From contig OZ220687.1 in NCBI GenBank assembly GCA_965116465.1, positions 2,436,596 through 2,500,595 on the forward strand: a stretch of 64,000 bases of DNA, written 5' to 3'. This stretch comes from Acidimicrobiales bacterium (GTDB lineage Bacteria > Actinomycetota > Acidimicrobiia > Acidimicrobiales > CATQHL01). The position numbers were made by a program, and so were the translations under genes. Positions 7,788 to 15,359 of the stretch are shown piece by piece (position 1 is the first letter of the stretch; each line of letters opens with the position of its first letter). The notes beneath the pieces were generated by a model that was given only the letters and a program-made list of their open reading frames with translations, was not told where the DNA came from and ran no database searches.

Positions 7788-9824
7788 ATGGCTGAACCTT
7801 CCGGCGCCGAATCGCGCGGCGGCGTCGACTGCCGTGTCGTGTTCACGCCGTCGGGTATCGAGGTGCCGGTGACGGCCGGCACCAGCGTGCTGGACGCCGC
7901 CCGTGCCGGCGGCGTGGATCTGGACTCGGTGTGCGGGGGGCGCGGCCTGTGCGGCCGCTGCCAGGTGGTTCCGGCGCTCGGCCACCACGCCAAGTGGGGG
8001 ATCTCCGTCGACTCGGAGGCGTTGTCGCCGCCCGGCAGCGTCGAAGCGGAGTATCGAGGGCGCAGACCGCTGGCGGGGGACAACCGGCTGGGTTGCCAGG
8101 CGCTGGTGAACGGGGACGTGGTCATCGATGTCCCCGCTGCCAGCGCCGTACGGCGGCCCGTCGTGCGCAAGGCCATCGACCTGGGCGACGTGGTGCTCGA
8201 CCCCGTGGTCACGCTGCACTACCTGGAGTTGCCGCCCGCTGTGCTCGGCGAGGAGGTGAGTGACGCCGAGCGGATCGTCTCGGCACTCGGGGACGACTGG
8301 GGACTGCACGACGTGGCAGTGCCGCCGGTCGCGCTGGCGAACCTGCAGGCGGCCGTCCGCGCCGGCGACGGGGCGGTCACCGCGGTCGTGCACGACCGCA
8401 GCCGGCTGCTGGAGGTCCGCGCCGGCTACTCCGACGAGGCGTGGGGCATCGCCATCGACGTGGGGTCCACGACCGTGGCGGGCTATCTCCTGGATCTGAC
8501 CACCGGGGAGGTCGTGGCGACGGCGGGCCGTATGAACCCCCAGATCCGCTTCGGCGAGGACCTCATGAGCCGGGTGTCCTACGTGATGCTGAACCCCGGT
8601 GGAGCCGCCACCTTGACCGAGGCGGTACGGGGAGCACTCGACGAGCTGGTCGGCGAGCTGTGCGAGCAGGGTTCGGCGTCCCGCGACCACGTTCACGACG
8701 CCGTCGTCGTCGGGAACCCCATCATGCACCACCTCGTGTTGGGATTGGACCCGACGCCGCTGGGCACCGCCCCGTTCACGCTGGCCGAGCGCCGCAGCGT
8801 GCGTGCCCGCGCGGCCGACATCGGCCTGGGGCTACCCCATGCGTCGCTCTACGTGGCTCCGTGCATTGCCGGCCACGTGGGGGCCGACTCAGCGGCCGCC
8901 ACCCTCGCCGAGGGTCCGCACAGGGTTGCGTACCCGCAGCTGCTCGTGGACGTGGGCACCAACGCCGAGATCGTCCTCGGCGACGGCGAGCGGGTCTTCG
9001 CCGCCTCCAGCCCCACCGGGCCGGCCTTCGAGGGCGCCCAGATCAGCTGCGGTCAGCGCGCCACCGCGGGAGCCATCGAGCGGGTCCGCATCGATGCCGA
9101 CAGCCTGGAGCCGCGCTTCAAGGTGATCGGCTGCGCGGCGTGGTCCGACGACCCGACCTTCGAGGGGGCGCTGGGGTCGCTGCAGGTCTCAGGGGTGTGC
9201 GGCTCGGGCATCATCGACGTCATCGCCGAGATGTTCCTGGTCGGCATCATCGATCGCCACGGCGTCGTGCAGGGACACCTGGCCGAACGCACGCCCCGGA
9301 TCGTCGCCGACGGGCGCACCTTCGCCTACGAGTTGCAGAGCGAGCCGGTGCGGCTGCGGATCACCCAGAACGACGTCCGCGCCATCCAGTTGGCCAAGGC
9401 GGCGTTGCGCGCCGGCATCGACCTGCTGACCGAGCATGCCGGGGTCGCGGAGGTGCACGACATCCGCCTGGCGGGCGCCTTCGGGGCGCACATCGACCCG
9501 CTGCGGGCACTGGTGCTGGGCCTGGTGCCCGACGCGCCGGTGGCCGGGGTGCGCTCGGTGGGCAACGCCTCCGGTGCCGGCGCGGCGCGACTGCTGGTGT
9601 CGCGGGCCCAGCGCCGCGAGATCGAGCAGCTCAGCGAGCAGATCGTCAAGATCGAGACCGCCACCGAGCCCCGCTTCCAGGAGCTGTTCGTGGCAGCGAT
9701 GGCCTTCCCGCACGAGACGGCGCCAACGACGCATCTGGAGCAGGTCGTGGACCTGCCGCCGGCCGATGACGGTCAATCATCCGAGGAAGCTGTGTGGGGA
9801 CGCCGGAGGCGGCGCGTACGGTGA
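7788..9824 (+). CDS. Corrinoid reductive activase (RamA/RACo-like): N-terminal 2Fe-2S ferredoxin plus ASKHA-fold ATPase
   Basis: 678 aa. Ferredoxin Cys cluster SVCGGRGLCGRCQVV; actin-like ATPase phosphate motifs WGIAIDVGSTTVAGYLLDLTTG and QLLVDVGTNAEIVLGDG. Confidence 0.8.
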   Translation: MAEPSGAESRGGVDCRVVFTPSGIEVPVTAGTSVLDAARAGGVDLDSVCGGRGLCGRCQVVPALGHHAKWGISVDSEALSPPGSVEAEYRGRRPLAGDNRLGCQALVNGDVVIDVPAASAVRRPVVRKAIDLGDVVLDPVVTLHYLELPPAVLGEEVSDAERIVSALGDDWGLHDVAVPPVALANLQAAVRAGDGAVTAVVHDRSRLLEVRAGYSDEAWGIAIDVGSTTVAGYLLDLTTGEVVATAGRMNPQIRFGEDLMSRVSYVMLNPGGAATLTEAVRGALDELVGELCEQGSASRDHVHDAVVVGNPIMHHLVLGLDPTPLGTAPFTLAERRSVRARAADIGLGLPHASLYVAPCIAGHVGADSAAATLAEGPHRVAYPQLLVDVGTNAEIVLGDGERVFAASSPTGPAFEGAQISCGQRATAGAIERVRIDADSLEPRFKVIGCAAWSDDPTFEGALGSLQVSGVCGSGIIDVIAEMFLVGIIDRHGVVQGHLAERTPRIVADGRTFAYELQSEPVRLRITQNDVRAIQLAKAALRAGIDLLTEHAGVAEVHDIRLAGAFGAHIDPLRALVLGLVPDAPVAGVRSVGNASGAGAARLLVSRAQRREIEQLSEQIVKIETATEPRFQELFVAAMAFPHETAPTTHLEQVVDLPPADDGQSSEEAVWGRRRRRVR

Positions 9825-9896
9825 ATGCCCCGATGGCGAGGGCCCGGATACCAAAGTTCGAACGGGTACGGACCGGACAGCGAGACAGGTGAACCG

Positions 9897-11432
9897 ATGA
9901 GCGAGCCACGAAGACGCAGAGGCGGCGGGCGGGCCGCCCGCCAGGCGGCGCATGCCGCCACCGAGGCGGTCGTTGCGCCCTACCTGGAACGCAGTGGACC
10001 ACCGGTTGAGATCCTCGACACCGAGGGCCTCGTGCGCATCGAGGAGGCGGCGGAGACGCTTCTGGCCGAGGTGGGCATTGCCTTCCAGGAGTTCCCGTCG
10101 GCGCTGGAGTTGTGGCGGGAGGCCGGCGCCGACGTCGACGGGGAGTTGGTGCGCTTCCCCCGCGGGCTCTGCCGGAAGATCGTGCAGGAGAACGCCCCGG
10201 CGGTCTACACCCAGCACGCCCGCAACCCGGCCCGCAGCGTGAAGATCGGCGCCAACGCCACGGTGTTCGTCCCCAACTACGGCTCCCCCTTCGTGACCGA
10301 CCTGGACCGCGGCCGCCGCTACGCCACCCTGGAGGACTTCCACAACACCGTGAAGCTCACCTACGCCCTCCCGCACCTGCACCACAGCGGCGGCACGGTG
10401 TGCGAGCCCGTGGATGTGCCGGTCAACAAGCGGCACCTCGACATGGTGTACGCGCACCTGCGCTACAGCGACAAGCCGTTCATGGGGTCGGTGACCGCCG
10501 CCGAGCGGGCCGCCGACTCCGTGGAAATGGCCCGCATCGCCTTCGGCGGCGACCTGGCCGACCGCACGGTCATGACCTCGCTGATCAACGCCTCCTCGCC
10601 GATGCGCTGGGACGCCACCATGCTGGGGGCCGCCACGACCTATGCCCGGGCCAACCAGGCCTGCGTGATCAGCCCGTTCATCCTGGCCGGGGCGATGTCG
10701 CCGGTGACCGTGGCGGGCCTGTCGGCCCAGGCCCTGGCCGAGGCGCTTTCGGGCATGGCCTACCTGCAGCTGGTGCGCCCCGGTGCCCCGGTGGTCTTCG
10801 GAACCTTCGCCTCCACCATGTCGATGGCCAGCGGTGCGCCCACCTTCGGCACGCCCGAGGCCGGCCAGGCCATCTACGTCATGGCGGCCCTGGCCCGGCG
10901 GGTGGGGGTGCCGTTCCGCTCCGGCGGCCAGTTCACCTCCTCCAAGGCCCCCGACGCCCAGGCCGCCTACGAGTCGGCGCACACGTTGCTGCCCACGCTG
11001 CAGGCGGGGGTGAACTTCGTGCTGCACGCCGCCGGCTGGCTGGAGGGCGGGCTGGCGCTGTCGTATGAGAAGCTGATCTTGGACGCCGACCAGCTCGGCG
11101 CCATGGAGGTGTACGCCCGCGGCGTGGATGTCTCCGACAACGGCTTGGCCCTCGAGGCGTTCCGCAGCAACGCCCACGGCGACCACTTCCTGGGCAACCC
11201 GCACACGCTGGCCAACTTCGAGACCGCCTTCTGGCGCTCCGAGCTGGCCGACCACAACAGCTACGAGCAGTGGTCCGAGGAGGGTGGCCTCACCGCAGCC
11301 CAGCGCGCCAACGCCCGCTGGAAGCAGATGCTGGCCGACTACGAGCCGCCCCCCGTCGACGACGCCATCGACGCCGAACTCCAGGACTACGTCGCCCGCC
11401 GCAAAGCCGAAATGCCCGACGAAATCGGCTGA
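9897..11432 (+). CDS. MttB-superfamily methyltransferase, non-pyrrolysine, paralogue 2 (strongly diverged from paralogue 1)
   Basis: ATG 9897, in frame with track ORF 9825. RRRRGGGRAARQAA N-terminus, EILDTEGLVRIEEAAETLLAEVGIAF and KLILDADQLGAMEVY. No in-frame TAG. Confidence 0.85.
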   Translation: MSEPRRRRGGGRAARQAAHAATEAVVAPYLERSGPPVEILDTEGLVRIEEAAETLLAEVGIAFQEFPSALELWREAGADVDGELVRFPRGLCRKIVQENAPAVYTQHARNPARSVKIGANATVFVPNYGSPFVTDLDRGRRYATLEDFHNTVKLTYALPHLHHSGGTVCEPVDVPVNKRHLDMVYAHLRYSDKPFMGSVTAAERAADSVEMARIAFGGDLADRTVMTSLINASSPMRWDATMLGAATTYARANQACVISPFILAGAMSPVTVAGLSAQALAEALSGMAYLQLVRPGAPVVFGTFASTMSMASGAPTFGTPEAGQAIYVMAALARRVGVPFRSGGQFTSSKAPDAQAAYESAHTLLPTLQAGVNFVLHAAGWLEGGLALSYEKLILDADQLGAMEVYARGVDVSDNGLALEAFRSNAHGDHFLGNPHTLANFETAFWRSELADHNSYEQWSEEGGLTAAQRANARWKQMLADYEPPPVDDAIDAELQDYVARRKAEMPDEIG

Positions 11433-11452
11433 TCAGCGCCCGAATTCTCGAT

Positions 11453-11479
11453 CGTCATTCCGGCGAAGGCCGGAATCCA
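11453..11479. repeat. REP-like hairpin (ATTCCGGC-GAAG-GCCGGAAT, 11457-11476), second copy
   Basis: 27/27 identical to 7719-7745. Lies 21 nt after the mttB-2 stop and contains the hicB stop codon on the opposite strand. Confidence 0.9.
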
Positions 11480-11901
11480 TCCCGCTCCGCCGCTGGCGCG
11501 GCGGTTACGTGCAAGCGCCGCCCGATCGCTTCTAGGGCGGCGTCCATCTGGTCCAGGCGCGAGTGGTGCGTCACGTCCAGGACGCGATCCACCTGCGGCA
11601 TGTGCCAGCCCAGTCGGCGGGCAAGTTCCGCCTTGCCGACACCTTGGGAGCGCATGCCCTGGTAGAGCTGCACCTTGACGGAGGTGAGAGTCGGAAGGAC
11701 CGCATAGGCCGCGCCTCTCGATGGCAGCGGGATGTCCTTGCGATCGTGGATGCGGGCGGCGATCGCCTCCTCGAGTGCATTCGTCGCGCGGGCGATGGCC
11801 TCCTCGCGGTTCTCCCCGAAGGTGGTCAGTTCGGGGAAGTCGGGGGACGTCGCCAGAACAGAGCCGTCGTCATCTTCGAGCACGATCGGATAGGCGAGCA
11901 T
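11455..11901 (-). CDS. hicB: HicB-family antitoxin
   Basis: 148 aa. MLAYPIVLEDDDGSVLATSPDFPELTTFGENREEAIARATNALEEAI (HicB fold) plus C-terminal HTH GKAELARRLGWHMPQVDRVL. Its ATG overlaps the hicA stop (TGATG). Only the 3' third of the 423-aa track ORF is real. Confidence 0.8.
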   Translation of the reverse strand: MLAYPIVLEDDDGSVLATSPDFPELTTFGENREEAIARATNALEEAIAARIHDRKDIPLPSRGAAYAVLPTLTSVKVQLYQGMRSQGVGKAELARRLGWHMPQVDRVLDVTHHSRLDQMDAALEAIGRRLHVTAAPAAERDGFRPSPE

Positions 11902-12089
11902 CAGTCCAATCCCAGGTCCTTCTTGATCTTGGCGACGAGTCCACGCCCCAACTCCTTGCGCCCGCCGTGCATTGGCAACTGACTGGTGCGGTTCCCTCGC
12001 CGGACGGTGAGATGGCCGCTGCCACCCTTGTGGGTGTGAAAGGTGCAGCCCTGTTTCCGTAGCCAGCGGCGCAACTCGCCGGCGTTCAA
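11901..12089 (-). CDS. hicA: HicA-family mRNA interferase toxin
   Basis: 62 aa. LRKQGCTFHTHKGGSGHLTVRRG ... GRKELGRGLVAKIKKDLGL is a typical HicA sequence. Located upstream of, and coupled to, hicB. Confidence 0.85.
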   Translation of the reverse strand: MNAGELRRWLRKQGCTFHTHKGGSGHLTVRRGNRTSQLPMHGGRKELGRGLVAKIKKDLGLD

Positions 12090-12100
12090 TTTGAACCAGC

Positions 12101-13720
12101 CTATACAACACTTGTGTTGTGTTCACTGATTCTCCGACCTCGCCCTGCGATCGGCTTTGCGGCGGGGGTCGGGAGGGGTGGTTGGTGGCATGGCCCGGGG
12201 GCCTGTGCGGGGTGGGTGTCGGGCCTGGTCGGAGCGATGGTTTCGTGGGGGCGGGGTCGGTGGTGGTTGTGCGGCGGTGGGCGCGTGACTCCGTTGCTGT
12301 CACCGCCGCTGCTGCCTCCGCCGCCGTCGCTGCTGCCTCCGCCGCCGTCGCTGCTGCCTCCGCCGCCGTCGCTGCTGCCTCCGCCGCCGTCGCGGTCGCC
12401 GCTGCCGGTGGTGGTGTTGGTTGGGGGTGTGAGGGTGAGGTGGCCGTTGGGGTGGCGGGTGACCTGTTCGCCGTGGAGGTGGACGCGGATGTGGTGGCAG
12501 CGCCAGCAGAGGAGGCAGGTGTTCTCGAGGGTGGTTTCGCCGCCGTGGGCCCAGTGGTTGCGGTGGTGGACTTCGCAGATGTTGTGGTGGGTTCGGCAGC
12601 CGATGCAGCCGCCGTCGCGGGCGATGAGGCGTTTGCGGTGTCGGGGGGAGACTTTGCGTTGTGCGCGGCCCAGGAGTGGGGTGCCGGTGTGTTTGTTGAA
12701 GATGCCTGGGAGGATTTTGGCGTCACACGCCAGCGCCAACGTTTCGGCTTCGGTGAGGTGGGTGCCGTCGGCGAGGCGGGCGTTGGTGATGGCGTCGCGG
12801 GTTTGGTCGTAGTCGGCCAGGACCAACAGTTCGACGCCGCCGGGCGCGCCGGCGCCGGCGCTGTCGCTGTTGCTGGTGGTGATCAGCTCGGTGAGCGCGT
12901 CCGCGAACCGCTGCGGCGCCGTCGGACGGTCTTTGGGGTCCTCTGAGCGGAACATCTGGTCGGACTTGGCGATGAGCGCGGCTTGGACTCGCGCGCCGGT
13001 GAGGGGGTCGAGTTGGGCGAAGAGGTGGAACATGCCGTCGCCCTGTTCTCTGATCGAAGCGCGGCGCCGGCGCCGCTGTTGTTCCCGGCGGGCTTCGAGC
13101 TCGGCCTCGCTGGTGCGCTCATTCACGTGGTCCTTGAGCGTGCGGCGGAACTGATCCTCGGGCTCCTCCTCAGCAGCCGCGAGCAGCTCCCGCTGATCCA
13201 CCGGCCCCTCGGCGTCGAGAATCAACCCCGCGGCCTCCGGAGTGATCGCACCGTCGGCGAGTTTCTCGGCCACGTTCGGGGCCCACTCCAGTTGCGCCGC
13301 GACCTTGACGGCCTTGCGAGCGCCCCGCCGGGACCGCTTCTGGGTGCGCCGCAGCGTCTCCTCGGCAGCGGCGTCGCCTTCCCGGCGGGAGATCTCCGCG
13401 ACCACGTCGGCTTCGGCGGCGACCAAACAGGCCCGCGCCCGGCCCATGAACGCCAGCCGTTCCTGCAGCACTTCCAGGTCCACCTTGTGCAACAGCGGCG
13501 GCGGCGACGCCAGCCACTCACCCAGCACAGCCCACTCGCGGACCCGCGCCGAACCCGGCTCGTCGCGGCCCACCGCAACGGCGCCGCACGACGGAGAAAG
13601 CACAGCACCGCTATCGGCGCGGCTCGATCCGGAAAGCACAGCACCGCCATCGGCGCCGGTCGGCTCGGAAGCCGCAGCGCCGGATCCGAGCGACTCGGTG
13701 CGCTTCGCATCGCCGTCCAT
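12101..13720 (-). CDS. DUF222 / HNH endonuclease (actinobacterial REP13E12-type)
   Basis: HNH motif DGGCIGCRTHHNICEVHHRNHWAHGGETTLENTCLLCWRCHHIRVH. Start set at ATG 13720 (GAGGGGG about 10 nt upstream); the track start 13888 is possible. The C-terminus carries GGGGSSD x4. Confidence 0.8.
   Translation of the reverse strand: MDGDAKRTESLGSGAAASEPTGADGGAVLSGSSRADSGAVLSPSCGAVAVGRDEPGSARVREWAVLGEWLASPPPLLHKVDLEVLQERLAFMGRARACLVAAEADVVAEISRREGDAAAEETLRRTQKRSRRGARKAVKVAAQLEWAPNVAEKLADGAITPEAAGLILDAEGPVDQRELLAAAEEEPEDQFRRTLKDHVNERTSEAELEARREQQRRRRRASIREQGDGMFHLFAQLDPLTGARVQAALIAKSDQMFRSEDPKDRPTAPQRFADALTELITTSNSDSAGAGAPGGVELLVLADYDQTRDAITNARLADGTHLTEAETLALACDAKILPGIFNKHTGTPLLGRAQRKVSPRHRKRLIARDGGCIGCRTHHNICEVHHRNHWAHGGETTLENTCLLCWRCHHIRVHLHGEQVTRHPNGHLTLTPPTNTTTGSGDRDGGGGSSDGGGGSSDGGGGSSDGGGGSSGGDSNGVTRPPPHNHHRPRPHETIAPTRPDTHPAQAPGPCHQPPLPTPAAKPIAGRGRRISEHNTSVV
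12308..12391. repeat. Four perfect 21-nt tandem units GCTGCTGCCTCCGCCGCCGTC inside the HNH gene (encode GGGGSSD x4)
   Basis: Read directly. In frame (21 = 7 codons). Confidence 0.95.
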
Positions 13721-13947
13721 GTGTCCATCACCCCCTCGTGCAAGCTTCCCGGCCCACCCGCCCGGTGGACCTTCCTGATTGCTTCTTCTCATAATATAGT
13801 CGGTATAAGACAGAATATCAACACTAGTTCGAACATTGGCCGAAGTGAGAGGAAGCCGGCCCGGAGTCTCGGCCCGCAGAGCCATCAAACCCCCAGGTCA
13901 GCGGGCTGCATTGGTTCCAGTCGAGCACCCCACCCGAGCGGCAGCCA

Positions 13948-13967
13948 GATGTGACCAAGGTCACATC
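13948..13967. repeat. Perfect palindrome GATGTGACC-AA-GGTCACATC in the AT-rich region upstream of the DUF222/HNH gene
   Basis: Read directly. Function (operator or recombination site) unknown. Confidence 0.6.
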
Positions 13968-13993
13968 TCAATTACACATCGCCGGCCGAGCAC

Positions 13994-14066
13994 CGACGCC
14001 ATCGACGCGGAACTGCGCGACTACGTCGCCCGCCGCGAGGCCGAAATGCCCGACGAGATCGGCCGA
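13994..14066 (+). pseudogene. Diverged duplicate of the last 73 nt of mttB paralogue 2 (gene 3'-end remnant)
   Basis: Aligns without gaps to 11360-11432, with 65/73 identical by my count. Encodes DAIDAELRDYVARREAEMPDEIG versus DAIDAELQDYVARRKAEMPDEIG; the stop TGA is changed to CGA. Followed at 14117-14134 by half of the REP element (CCGACATTCCGGCGAATG). Confidence 0.75.
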
Positions 14067-14223
14067 GGTACCCAACCGCTCGTCTTGTTGGTCGTCTCGC
14101 TCCCCGTCACCCCTCTCCGACATTCCGGCGAATGCCTGCACCCGAGCGGATCGACGGGGAGCCACTCATGCCACTCTGCCCAACTCGGACCCCCTGGCCG
14201 AGAGGTACGCCTATATTGCGTTC

Positions 14224-14454
14224 ATGCCGAATGTCCAGGTGCGGAACGTCTCGCCAGCGATTCACGAAGCGCTGGTGCGCCGCGCGGCGCTGGCTGGGCA
14301 ATCGTTGCAGCAGTATCTGACGGAGCAGTTGGCTCGGATCGCAGCCAGTCCCACGCTCGACGAGGTTCTAGACCGAATTGACGGCCAGAGCCTGGGCACG
14401 CTCGCCGTCGCGGAGGCAGTGGGCGCACTCGAAGCCGAACGTGCAAGTCGTTGA
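14224..14454 (+). CDS. Ribbon-helix-helix antitoxin (FitA/VapB-like)
   Basis: 76 aa. MPNVQVRNVSPAIHEALVRRAALAGQSLQQYLTEQL is a typical Arc/MetJ-type antitoxin N-terminus. The rest of track ORF 13951-14454 is read-through of the mttB remnant. Confidence 0.7.
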   Translation: MPNVQVRNVSPAIHEALVRRAALAGQSLQQYLTEQLARIAASPTLDEVLDRIDGQSLGTLAVAEAVGALEAERASR

Positions 14455-14485
14455 CGCCTCAGTCGTGGCACCCGCAATGGCGTAA
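14441..14485 (+). pseudogene. Probable 14-codon stump of a PIN-domain (VapC-like) toxin
   Basis: GTG 14441 overlaps the antitoxin 3' end as in vapBC operons. It encodes VQVVDASVVAPAMA then TAA. VxDASVV matches the first PIN acidic-residue strand. Confidence 0.35.
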
Positions 14486-14563
14486 GGGGGTTACGGTCTG
14501 GGCTGTGGACGCCTAGGGCTCCTGAGCCTCAGTATGGCGGTCGGTTAGTAGGTTGGCGTATAG

Positions 14564-14809
14564 CTAGCCAGGTGGGGGGTAGGGGTCATTCCCGGGCTTG
14601 ACGGTGATCCCTTCCCGGATCCGACCATCAGTTCCGTGCACGCGGACCTCGCCACCACCTTGATTCCGAAGTATCTGCTTGGCGGCTTCAATCGCTTCCC
14701 TTTGCGTGGCATGGATCGAACTGGCTCGAGTGGACTTCGGCGCCTTGACTGCCCAGCCGTCAGGCTGTCGAGCAACGTGCCTACTCTTCGGCCTTGATGC
14801 CATTGTCAT
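14564..14809 (-). CDS. DUF2188-like small protein
   Basis: QPDGWAVKAPKSTRASSIHATQREAIEAAKQIL ... EVRVHGTDGRIREG. Start chosen at MTMASR (14809); track start 14857 is possible. Confidence 0.6.
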   Translation of the reverse strand: MTMASRPKSRHVARQPDGWAVKAPKSTRASSIHATQREAIEAAKQILRNQGGGEVRVHGTDGRIREGITVKPGNDPYPPPG

Positions 14810-14984
14810 CCTCCTCTTCGCTCGTGGATTCGTCTGTGTCTTTGAGTGGCTCTTCAAGGATCACTGGCCCTTCGTTCAAGATAATCACTGTGCAGTTGTA
14901 GTACACGGGGTGAACGTGCACCTCGCGTTTCCGTGAGAACATCCGGCCCAACAGGGCGAGGATTGGAGCGAGCCATTCAGGCAC
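14781..14984 (-). CDS. Hypothetical 67-aa protein (hydrophobic N-terminus, acidic C-terminus)
   Basis: ORF only. Overlaps the start of the DUF2188 gene by 29 nt in another frame. AT-richer than its surroundings. Confidence 0.3.
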   Translation of the reverse strand: MPEWLAPILALLGRMFSRKREVHVHPVYYNCTVIILNEGPVILEEPLKDTDESTSEEEDDNGIKAEE

Positions 14985-15069
14985 AATCGTTCCTCGGCGA
15001 CTGACGAGCCATGAGGCAAGCGTATTCTCCGCAGGTGTCGGGAGGTTCCGGGGTGGACGCGGTCGTCAG

Positions 15070-15183
15070 GAGCAGGCGTCGTTCGATCGCTTGCCGGGCG
15101 GCGTCCATCCGGTCGATGCGCGAGAGATGCCCTATGCCCAGGACGCGGTCCACTTGCTGTGCCTGCCAGCCGAGTTGACAGGC
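15070..15183 (-). pseudogene. Remnant of a second HicB-type antitoxin (C-terminal HTH part only)
   Basis: ACQLGWQAQQVDRVLGIGHLSRIDRMDAARQAIERRLL parallels hicB RRLGWHMPQVDRVLDVTHHSRLDQMDAALEAIGRRLH. No HicB N-terminal domain and no hicA partner upstream. Confidence 0.5.
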
Positions 15184-15359
15184 ACATTGCGCGGGCGCTG
15201 GGCCGGCAGAGGCGATAATCGGGGCGTGATGCCCCGAGCCGCTCCAGGGATCCGTCGCGGAGCGACAACTTCCGAGCCCGGAACGTCGCACATGATGTTT
15301 CAAGATATTACAGTATACAAGGACTTCCCCCAGACGCCATTCGTCTTGAAGGGGGAGCT

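Noticed and set aside
7206-11255. Minus-strand ORFs 7206-8732 and 9777-11255, and plus-strand ORFs 8441-9769 and 10112-11068
   Set aside because: They are antisense or out of frame to the pterin methyltransferase, RamA-like and MttB-2 genes. Composition is dominated by R/G/P/H and no domain signatures are present.
3103-11432. Pyrrolysine (in-frame TAG) decoding in the two MttB-family genes
   Set aside because: Both reading frames are uninterrupted, and no pylSBCD-like genes are seen in the window.
11902-12726. Upstream two thirds of the 423-aa minus-strand ORF 11455-12726
   Set aside because: Only the last 148 codons (hicB) look like protein. The rest is a low-complexity T/A/P-rich read-through that overlaps hicA and the HNH gene in other frames.
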